Positions 1-7,169 of a stretch of DNA of 64,000 nucleotides are shown in pieces. The stretch spans positions 21,072 to 85,071 of IMG/VR virus record IMGVR_UViG_3300036785_000488, one strand, 5' to 3'. The first letter of the stretch is position 1. Every line of letters starts with the position of its first letter. The translations under genes were made by a program, and so were the position numbers. The DNA comes from a virus. The notes under the pieces are model-generated. The model did no database searches. It was not told the origin of the DNA and saw only the letters and a program-made list of their open reading frames with translations.

Positions 1-426
1 GGCTTCGTCTACAAGTACGAGAACCGGGCAGTGGCTGTCCATGCCGTGATCGACGGCAAGCCACTGTGCGGCACCGAGGTGGATATGACATCCTTTGAGA
101 CCTACCTCGGACAGCCCGACGACATCACCTGTCGTCGGTGCAAGATGTCAGTCAGCCACCGTGGGCACACGGTCGAAGAGCCTGGCGCGCAGGCAAGTGC
201 TGACACAGTCCCGCAAACGCGTGAGCGGGACACCTTCACCGACCTCCTGGGGCACCTGCGTGCCTTCCATGGCATGCCCGACTGCTTCAGGGCGGTCGAC
301 GGCGTCGAGGACAACATCCGTGAGCTGCATGCCAAGTACCACCAGACACAGCCACCTGGGGCGAACTTTGGCAAGACCGCCCCTCCCCACTCTGCGGGAG
401 ATCTCACATATTTCTCTTCGCCCTGA
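1..426 (+). CDS. hypothetical protein, 5' end runs off the window
   Basis: Frame is open from position 1 to TGA 424-426; CxxC (CRRC) present. Confidence 0.5.
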   Translation, partial: GFVYKYENRAVAVHAVIDGKPLCGTEVDMTSFETYLGQPDDITCRRCKMSVSHRGHTVEEPGAQASADTVPQTRERDTFTDLLGHLRAFHGMPDCFRAVDGVEDNIRELHAKYHQTQPPGANFGKTAPPHSAGDLTYFSSP

Positions 427-463
427 CTTGCATCTGTCACAACCATCCTGTACCCTTATGGAC
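405..463 (+). promoter_or_regulatory. conserved leaderless promoter, copy 1
   Basis: TTTCTCTTCGCCCTGAC-TTGCAT(428-433)-17 nt-TACCCT(451-456)-7 nt-ATGGCTAC(464). Confidence 0.75.
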
Positions 464-1402
464 ATGGCTACCACTACCAAAACCAAGAGCACCAGCTCTC
501 CCAGGGACACCTACGCCGACGTGACAGCACGAGTGCTTGAGGCTCTCGACGCTGGCACGGTCATGTGGCACAAGCCCTGGGTCAGCACCGACGGCGGGCC
601 GGTCAACATCGATTCCAACCGCCGGTACCGGGGCATCAACGTGTTCCTGCTTGAGTTCACCGCCATGGAGAAGGGCTACAGCTCGTCTCGCTGGGGCAGC
701 TACAAGCAGATCGCCGCTCGGGGCGGGCAGGTCCGCAAGGGCGAGAAGGGCACGCTGGTTGTGTTCTGGAAGATCCTTCGCAAGGAGGACAAGGTCGACG
801 GCGAGACGCAGGTCAAGAAGATCCCCTTCCTGCGCCACTACACCGTGTTCAACGAGGACCAGGCTGACTGGGACGACCCCGAGACCGACAAGCGGCGCAA
901 GCCTGCTGAGCGCGTCGAGCGCGACCCCATCGAGGCGGCGCAGGAGCTGCTCACTGAGTACCTCGCCACCGGCCCCTCGCTGAGCCACGGGGGCGACAGG
1001 GCCTTCTACGTGCCGTCGTCCGACAGCATCCGCCTGCCGCACATCGGTGACTTCAAGAGTGCTGAGCACTACCACAGCACCCTGTTCCACGAGGTGACGC
1101 ACAGCACCGGCCACAGCAAGCGGCTGGCGCGTGACGGCATCGCCCAGGGCAGCTTCGGACGGTTCGGGGACGCGGTCTACTCCAAGGAGGAGCTGATCGC
1201 TGAAATGGGTGCAGCCATGCTCTGCGGCGTCGCTGGGATCGACCAGGCGGCGACCATCCCCGAGACCGCCGCCTACTTGGCGCACTGGCGTGACGCCCTG
1301 CGGGCCGACAACAAGCTGATCGTGCAGGCGGCGGCGCAGGCGCAGAAAGCTGCGGACCTCGTCCTCGGCACCACGTTCGACACCAACAAGGAGGAGTCAT
1401 GA
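464..1402 (+). CDS. ardC: ArdC-like antirestriction / ssDNA-binding protein with zincin-like C-terminal domain
   Basis: WHKPW, YRGINVFLL, W.SYKQ...GGQVRKGEKG, YTVFN.DQ, AFY.PSSDSI.LP, TLFHEVTHSTGH, YSKEELIAEMGAA; start moved to ATG 464 on the promoter spacing. Confidence 0.9.
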   Translation: MATTTKTKSTSSPRDTYADVTARVLEALDAGTVMWHKPWVSTDGGPVNIDSNRRYRGINVFLLEFTAMEKGYSSSRWGSYKQIAARGGQVRKGEKGTLVVFWKILRKEDKVDGETQVKKIPFLRHYTVFNEDQADWDDPETDKRRKPAERVERDPIEAAQELLTEYLATGPSLSHGGDRAFYVPSSDSIRLPHIGDFKSAEHYHSTLFHEVTHSTGHSKRLARDGIAQGSFGRFGDAVYSKEELIAEMGAAMLCGVAGIDQAATIPETAAYLAHWRDALRADNKLIVQAAAQAQKAADLVLGTTFDTNKEES

Positions 1403-1643
1403 ACACGATCCAGCGCGCCGTTCACATGATGGACTGCGAGGACAACGTCAAGCGTGCCGTCACCACCTGGGCTGAGCTGATCCCAACAACCCACACAAGC
1501 TCTTCACCTTCGGGACCGAGGGCGACCTCTGGCGTGCGCGCTGCTACTGCGGCTGGGACAGCGAGTGGTTCGACACCAAGAAGGAGGCCCGTGAGGCACA
1601 GGTCGAGCACGACCTCTCAGAGCGTCTGAAGGGTTGGACATGA
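1399..1643 (+). CDS. small hypothetical protein, apparently -1 frameshifted near 1480
   Basis: ATGA overlap with ardC; the more protein-like second half (HKLFTFG...RCYCGWDSEW...) lies in the -1 frame and ends in an ATGA overlap at 1640-1643. Confidence 0.45.
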
Positions 1644-2158
1644 GCACCAAGGTGGTGACTGCTGATGACCTGCGCCCCGGCGACCATGTGGTTGCCGTGG
1701 GCGACGAGGCCGTCGACTTCAAGGTGCTGACTGTCCACACGCACACGCACACCCGTGGCGGTGGGGTCACCATCGACCTGTACACCACCCGTGACCCGTG
1801 GCCCAACATCTACCTGGATGCGGAAGAGCTGGTGACCATCACAGTGAATGACCCGGTCCCAGTCGTACAGCACCAGGAACTGACCTGGCAGGAACGACAA
1901 CGGTGGGGCCGGGACTCGCAGTGGCGTTGGTGGTACCACCCACCGGGCAGCCAGACCGGCTACTTGGTGACCGGTGAAGGCAGCAAGGAGCGACTGCTCC
2001 CGAAGAAAGACTGGCGCAAGCTGCCTCCGGTCAGCACCGGCTTCCACCGCATCCCCGACGATCCTGAGACCGGCAACCGCATGTGCGCCTGCAACAAGTG
2101 CGGCAAGGAGATGACCACACTGTCCATCGGCTACCACCGACAGAACACAGGTCACTGA
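1640..2158 (+). CDS. hypothetical protein with C-terminal C2H2-like Zn motif
   Basis: ORF; CNKC...H....H at the C-terminus. Confidence 0.6.
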   Translation: MSTKVVTADDLRPGDHVVAVGDEAVDFKVLTVHTHTHTRGGGVTIDLYTTRDPWPNIYLDAEELVTITVNDPVPVVQHQELTWQERQRWGRDSQWRWWYHPPGSQTGYLVTGEGSKERLLPKKDWRKLPPVSTGFHRIPDDPETGNRMCACNKCGKEMTTLSIGYHRQNTGH

Positions 2159-2163
2159 CATGA

Positions 2164-2221
2164 CACATCTTTTCTTTCGTCCTGACTTGTATCCAGACCC
2201 CCAAGGTGGTATCTTCTAGAC
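2164..2221 (+). promoter_or_regulatory. conserved leaderless promoter, copy 2
   Basis: TTTCTTTCGTCCTGAC-TTGTAT(2187-2192)-17 nt-TATCTT(2210-2215, TGn-extended)-6 nt-ATGGCTAC(2222). Confidence 0.75.
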
Positions 2222-2608
2222 ATGGCTACTGACACCGAACACTGGTTCATCAATCACGACAACCTCGTCATCACGGCGAGCTGGATGGCCGACAACGGCT
2301 ACTCAGCCGGAGCCGTCGCACGCATGATCGAGAAGCCCTGGACGTACGAGGATGAGTTCAAGGCGGCTCGCATAGAGCTGGGCGAGAGTGCCGCCAAGCC
2401 GACACCTGGACAGGGGGACGAGCTGTTCCCTGAGGGTCGCCAGGTCTGGTACGAGGGCGATGACCCCAGGGGGTTCCTCGTCGCCATCAAAGAGCGTTTC
2501 GACCTTGAGCTGGAGCTGAAGGAAGACCAGTCGGGCTTCGCCTTCTTCTGCCCGCCTGGGTACGTCGATGCCATCGTCTACACCAATGAATGGCCTATCG
2601 GAACATGA
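2222..2608 (+). CDS. hypothetical protein
   Basis: ORF directly after the promoter motif, phage-like codon use. Confidence 0.7.
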   Translation: MATDTEHWFINHDNLVITASWMADNGYSAGAVARMIEKPWTYEDEFKAARIELGESAAKPTPGQGDELFPEGRQVWYEGDDPRGFLVAIKERFDLELELKEDQSGFAFFCPPGYVDAIVYTNEWPIGT

Positions 2609-2859
2609 CCAAGAACGAGCGCAAGGCCCTGGAGCAGTGGCGCGAGTTCCTCGCCGGTCCCTGCGACGACAAGTGCCCGTCGCCGCCGCCGTACAACGGC
2701 CACAAGCACTACTCGGCGTGGTACGAGAACAACCGCTCGACGGTGGTTGGACTGAACCACCTCTTAGAAGGCTGGGATCTCAGCTACTTCGCCAGGCTGC
2801 GTGAGCTGCAACCCACGCTTGAAGAGATCGACGCTGAGAACAAGGAAGAGTACGCGTGA
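2605..2859 (+). CDS. hypothetical protein
   Basis: ATGA overlap with the previous gene. Confidence 0.6.
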   Translation: MTKNERKALEQWREFLAGPCDDKCPSPPPYNGHKHYSAWYENNRSTVVGLNHLLEGWDLSYFARLRELQPTLEEIDAENKEEYA

Positions 2860-3029
2860 GCACCATCATCCGCTACACCAACCCAGAGCGTCGCCCCAAC
2901 GGTACGTACCGCTGCGTCGCCTGCCTGACCATCCACACCAACGCCGACGACGCCCGGAACTGCGCCGTCGCTGACCATGAGAAGAAAGCCAAGGCTGTGA
3001 AAGCAGCGAAGAGAGGAAAGAAGAAGTGA
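2856..3029 (+). CDS. 57-aa protein with CxxC, basic C-terminus (not in ORF track)
   Basis: GTGA overlaps at both ends; MSTIIRYTNPERRPNGTYRCVACLTIH...KRGKKK. Confidence 0.6.
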   Translation: MSTIIRYTNPERRPNGTYRCVACLTIHTNADDARNCAVADHEKKAKAVKAAKRGKKK

Positions 3030-3325
3030 GGGAAGCAACTGACAACCACGTCTACGAGGTCGAGCCTCGCCTGGGGGACAAGCGTGCCCTCATGATCGAG
3101 GCGTCCAAGGGCAAGGGCCGCGGCAAGGACCAGGACACCAGCGCGCTGCTGCGCTCGGCGGTCGCCTTCGCCGTCGCGTTGATGGAGGACCCCACCCTCA
3201 ACCCCGAGTGGGACGACGACCCCGAGTGGACGAGCATGGGCGTGTACCACACGTACCCCAAGGCGGGGCCGGTGCGCCGCTACGTCGGTGAGGTCAAGGA
3301 CGGTCGTTTGGTGCGGCCCTCATGA
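3026..3325 (+). CDS. hypothetical protein
   Basis: Coupled ORF in the early gene run. Confidence 0.6.
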   Translation: MREATDNHVYEVEPRLGDKRALMIEASKGKGRGKDQDTSALLRSAVAFAVALMEDPTLNPEWDDDPEWTSMGVYHTYPKAGPVRRYVGEVKDGRLVRPS

Positions 3326-3582
3326 GCTTCGCCGTACAGCGGTTCACGATAGAAGGCAGGTGGGAGGACGCGGGGGAGTACCCCAACACGGCGTCCACCA
3401 CCATCACCCACGCCCGTGAATGCACCAAGCACTACGGCACGCCGTACCGTGCCATCGTGCGTGAGACCGACCAGGTGCTCGCTGCCTTTGAGAAGGTGGA
3501 GGTGTCTCCTGGGCACGAACGGCATACCGGCAAGGTCCGTCGCTGGAAGGACGAAGAGAACACAGAGGGTGAGGATCAGTGA
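3322..3582 (+). CDS. hypothetical protein
   Basis: ATGA overlap. Confidence 0.6.
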   Translation: MSFAVQRFTIEGRWEDAGEYPNTASTTITHARECTKHYGTPYRAIVRETDQVLAAFEKVEVSPGHERHTGKVRRWKDEENTEGEDQ

Positions 3583-3962
3583 TCCGCAAACAACCATGCT
3601 CAAGCTGCCCCTATCGCCAGGACGCGCCATCGGGCCTGTGGTCCGCTGAGACCTACGACAAGCTCATCCCCTACGACGAACCGACCTGGGGGCAACCCGT
3701 GGCACCCTTCGCCTGCCATGCCACGCCGGAGCACGAGTGTCACGGCTGGGCCGTGTGCCACTCCAACCGGGGCGCTGAGAACGAGCTGCTCGCTCTGCGA
3801 TTCGCAGGAAGGGCGAACGAGGAGATCCCAGAGGCGGCTGTGCCGCTGTTCAGCTCGGGCACCGAGGCGGCAGAGCACGGCAAGCGTGACCTTGAGGAAC
3901 CCTCCCAGGACACCAAGGACGCCGCTGCCAAGCTCATGAACAAGTACGACAGGCTTCGCTGA
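3579..3962 (+). CDS. DUF6283-like Cys/His protein
   Basis: PCSSCPYRQDAPSGLW...YDKL..YD, FACH, CHGW pattern recalled from actinobacterial DUF6283. Confidence 0.6.
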   Translation: MIRKQPCSSCPYRQDAPSGLWSAETYDKLIPYDEPTWGQPVAPFACHATPEHECHGWAVCHSNRGAENELLALRFAGRANEEIPEAAVPLFSSGTEAAEHGKRDLEEPSQDTKDAAAKLMNKYDRLR

Positions 3963-4049
3963 TGTGGTGGCAAGTAGTCGGATGGATCACGAGCACCACC
4001 GGTTTCGTCATTATCGGCTGGTGGCTGCGAGGCAAATGGGAGGGACGCA

Positions 4050-4253
4050 ATGTCCAAGTTCACTGATGCTCAGAACGACCCCGAGTTCCGGGCACGCGCC
4101 ATCGCACGGGGCAAGCGCACCGTCTTCCTGGACGTGTCATGCCCGTGCGGATCGAACCTCTTCGCTGAACCTGGGACCGGCGAGACTGTCTGCGACAAGT
4201 GTGGCCGACACTTCATCCGTTTCGGACGTCGCTGGGTCGTCCAGGAGAACTGA
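4050..4253 (+). CDS. small Zn-ribbon protein
   Basis: CPCG...CDKCG; GGAGG upstream. Confidence 0.6.
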   Translation: MSKFTDAQNDPEFRARAIARGKRTVFLDVSCPCGSNLFAEPGTGETVCDKCGRHFIRFGRRWVVQEN

Positions 4254-4314
4254 CAACGACATCATGGACTGGTCGCAGAAGGTCAAACGGCTCACATCCC
4301 CAGGAGGACCCCCA

Positions 4315-4653
4315 ATGGACATCGACATCAAGCTGCAGTGGCACTCGCCTGAGGAGATGTTCGCCGCCATCTTCATGCGTGACGGCAAGGAGTGGTACCT
4401 CGACGGTGCGCTCGTGGGCTTGGACGGCGACCCAGGCGACGCTGTGAAGGATCTGATCGAACTCGCTATTCACCTGGTGACCGAGGGCGAGAACTTCCTC
4501 ACCAACGGACCCATCTCCCTGGAGGACCGTGTCTGGCTGTTCAAGCTGCTCGACCAGGGGACCATCGCAGCCTCGGACGAGAGCAAGATGTATCTCGCCA
4601 TACGCTATGCGTGCGGCGACATCGACCCCTACCAGTTCAGACTCGTCAAGTAG
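4315..4653 (+). CDS. hypothetical protein
   Basis: AGGAGG about 6 nt before ATG 4315. Confidence 0.6.
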   Translation: MDIDIKLQWHSPEEMFAAIFMRDGKEWYLDGALVGLDGDPGDAVKDLIELAIHLVTEGENFLTNGPISLEDRVWLFKLLDQGTIAASDESKMYLAIRYACGDIDPYQFRLVK

Positions 4654-4972
4654 CAGGCTCGTCGGTCACCAGGAGCACCGCCGTCTGGTCATCCTCGCTC
4701 AGCTCAGGCTCGCTGTCGCTCGCTGCTGACTGATCGCATGCCGTACACAGTGTGGACTCCGGCATCGAGTACGAGCCGACGAGCACCGGCACGACGAACT
4801 GACGGGCGCAGAGCAGGCAGGGCACGCTGATCGTCACGACCTCGCTCTGCAGATCCTCCAGGGAGAGCTTGAGAGCGTCGCAGGGGATGCCTGCGCTCTC
4901 CATGGAACTGCACGCGCGCTCCAGGTCGTACAGAGCATTGCGCCTACGAATCAGCTCGGACTTGGTCGTCAT
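4646..4972 (-). CDS. Zn-finger-like hypothetical protein
   Basis: CLLC...CTAC; GAGGAGG upstream. Confidence 0.55.
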   Translation of the reverse strand: MTTKSELIRRRNALYDLERACSSMESAGIPCDALKLSLEDLQSEVVTISVPCLLCARQFVVPVLVGSYSMPESTLCTACDQSAASDSEPELSEDDQTAVLLVTDEPAT

Positions 4973-5153
4973 CGATCCTCCTCACGTACACCTCGACGTG
5001 CTTGTCGGGACAGGGACACAGCTCTGAGTGGACGTCGCCGTAGCTCTTCTCGCCACGCTTGATCTTGCGGTCGGGGTAGGCGACGTCGGGCCGGTGGATG
5101 CCGATGATGCTGGCGTGCGTGTAGCCGATGAAGATCATGTGCCGCTTGATCAT
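4944..5153 (-). CDS. hypothetical protein
   Basis: Coupled ORF starting MIKRHMIF. Confidence 0.5.
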   Translation of the reverse strand: MIKRHMIFIGYTHASIIGIHRPDVAYPDRKIKRGEKSYGDVHSELCPCPDKHVEVYVRRIDDDQVRADS

Positions 5154-5500
5154 GGGAACCCCCTCACTTGTACCCAGTGCCACACCATCACTGCACTGGC
5201 TCGGTAGCTGCACCCACCGTCGGGGTCACACTTCTCGTTGCACCAGTAGTCGTGGTTCTCCAGGTGGCCGATCCCACCGATCACAGCTCGCAGCGAACAC
5301 TCGCGGTGCACCGGCCCGTAGTGCGGCTTGCCGTTGGCCGGGATCGCACCCATGAACGTGCCCTGGTCGCCGTCGTTGATCTTCTCGGTACAGAGCACGC
5401 AGGGATCACCCACAGGGGTCGGCACCTGGATGTTGTTCTCACAGATGTCCGACGGCCACGGTTCACCGAAGTACGTCTCCCACCATTCCAGGTCGCTCAC
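5150..5500 (-). CDS. Cys/His-rich hypothetical protein
   Basis: CVLC...HREC; GTGA overlap. Confidence 0.65.
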   Translation of the reverse strand: MSDLEWWETYFGEPWPSDICENNIQVPTPVGDPCVLCTEKINDGDQGTFMGAIPANGKPHYGPVHRECSLRAVIGGIGHLENHDYWCNEKCDPDGGCSYRASAVMVWHWVQVRGFP

Positions 5501-5838
5501 CGCAGCTCGGGCGACGCTGTTGACTCCATCAGCTCAATGCTCTGGATGGTGATGAGTGAGTACCTGTTCTTCTTGTCATGGTCGAGGATCAAGTACGCAG
5601 AGTCAGAGCTGGGGTGGCTGTTGATCTCGGTGAGCCTGCCAGCTACCGGCTCACGATCACCGTTGAACGTGAGCCGCACGAGCTTGCCCATGTATTGCGC
5701 CGCCTGGCCGACGTCAGGTTGTCCCATGGCGTCACGCGCTGCTTTGATGAACTCCTCCTGGAGACGAGGAGCCGCGACATTGCTGGCCCCACTGCGACGC
5801 ACTGGGGTGGCCTCGATAGGGACGATCTCGTCAGACAT
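5497..5838 (-). CDS. hypothetical protein
   Basis: ORF from MSDEIVP. Confidence 0.55.
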   Translation of the reverse strand: MSDEIVPIEATPVRRSGASNVAAPRLQEEFIKAARDAMGQPDVGQAAQYMGKLVRLTFNGDREPVAGRLTEINSHPSSDSAYLILDHDKKNRYSLITIQSIELMESTASPELR

Positions 5839-6241
5839 CGGGTGTCTCACCGGAGTAGTCAGGGTGCTGTGTTGCCATGTGGCGCTCGACATTGGCGAAG
5901 TGGCGATTGCAGCACGGACACACTCCCTTGCCGATCCTTCGCTTGAGCTTGGTGATCTGTCCCTTGGTAGCGGAATGCGAACGACGTTCCCGTTCCACCT
6001 CTTCACGCAACCGTCGTGTGCGTGTCTGTTCAGCGTCGAGCTGAGCGGTAAGACGCTGGGCACGGCTTTGACCGGCTGGCGTGTGTTGATGGCCGAGAGG
6101 ACAATAGATGAAGTACGACCGTCCGTCATCGTGCTCTCGTTGTTGGAAGTTACGAAGATCACTCGGCACGGCGTGGTTGATCCCGCACCAACACGTCATC
6201 ACGACCAGAGTGTCGGTGAAACTTACGGTCAGTTCACTCAC
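5831..6241 (-). CDS. Zn-finger / coiled-coil protein
   Basis: CWCG...YCPLGH, coiled coil, CPCCNRHF...HM...H. Confidence 0.7.
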   Translation of the reverse strand: MSELTVSFTDTLVVMTCWCGINHAVPSDLRNFQQREHDDGRSYFIYCPLGHQHTPAGQSRAQRLTAQLDAEQTRTRRLREEVERERRSHSATKGQITKLKRRIGKGVCPCCNRHFANVERHMATQHPDYSGETPDV

Positions 6242-6395
6242 TGGGCACCACCTCATGAATCACCGTCACGGCTCTGCGTAGCTCTTCCATGGCCTCCCAC
6301 AGGTCATTGGACGAGTGACTTTTTTCCGCTTGTAGTTCGGCGTCCCAGGCGTGCAGTACATGCCTGGCGGCAGCAAGCAGCTCTCGCTCACTCAT
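6234..6395 (-). CDS. hypothetical protein
   Basis: ATGA overlap, MSERELL. Confidence 0.5.
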   Translation of the reverse strand: MSERELLAAARHVLHAWDAELQAEKSHSSNDLWEAMEELRRAVTVIHEVVPSE

Positions 6396-6799
6396 GAAAA
6401 AACTACGTCTTGTCGGTACGACGCAGCAGTGCGAAGGCCGCGGGCGAACTGCTGAGTGAGCAGCAACCACGATGGCGATTTTTCTGGGCTGTGTTCAGAC
6501 ATCATCTTCATCTCCAGCTCCTCCAGCCGATGAGCCAAGAATGGACAGTGCGTGTGCTTGATGAGGCCCTTATGCTCCTCGTGCGCCAGCAAGATGATCA
6601 GCGGATCTTCTGGTGCACCGTTGGGCCATTCACCCAGGAGATCGGCATCACTGAAGAGGTCGTAACGAAGGTCTGGAAAGACCGGCCCACCGGTATTGCG
6701 ATAATCCAGTAGGTCGTACCCACCGTAGAGCGCCCACAGCAGTCGTAAGGCATCGAACTGCTTGGCGGGTCCGGTGAAGCAGCCATGACTGACGTTCAC
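6392..6799 (-). CDS. hypothetical protein
   Basis: ORF in the coupled run. Confidence 0.6.
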   Translation of the reverse strand: MNVSHGCFTGPAKQFDALRLLWALYGGYDLLDYRNTGGPVFPDLRYDLFSDADLLGEWPNGAPEDPLIILLAHEEHKGLIKHTHCPFLAHRLEELEMKMMSEHSPEKSPSWLLLTQQFARGLRTAASYRQDVVFS

Positions 6800-6955
6800 T
6801 TATTTCCCCTCATAGTCTTCCCAATGTACCCCCACAAGCTGTGGTTGGGCAGGGTTAGGTTTCTCGGGGAAGAGCAGAGCGGCGAGAGCTGCCTTTAGGT
6901 CAGTCAGCTCCTCGCGCAACCGCGCGTTCTCAACAACAAGTTGCTGGTCGTTCAT
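6800..6955 (-). CDS. small coiled-coil protein
   Basis: TGATG overlap, MNDQQLVVENARL. Confidence 0.5.
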   Translation of the reverse strand: MNDQQLVVENARLREELTDLKAALAALLFPEKPNPAQPQLVGVHWEDYEGK

Positions 6956-7167
6956 CAATGCGCCAAGGGAGAGACCGTGATGCTGGCGACCTGTGAGTCG
7001 AGAAGGTCGACCCAACCGAACAGTGTCTGAATGTGATACGTCCCCCCGTTATACGGGTAGGGACTAGCCGGGACCGCAGGCGCTGGGGGGGCGTAGGACG
7101 CCATGCGGTAGCTCACTCCTTGGATCACACGACCATCGGTAGTGATGACAGTGGCTTGTACAGGCAT
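6955..7167 (-). CDS. hypothetical protein
   Basis: GGAGG upstream, MPVQATVIT. Confidence 0.55.
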   Translation of the reverse strand: MPVQATVITTDGRVIQGVSYRMASYAPPAPAVPASPYPYNGGTYHIQTLFGWVDLLDSQVASITVSPLAH

Positions 7168-7169
7168 AG

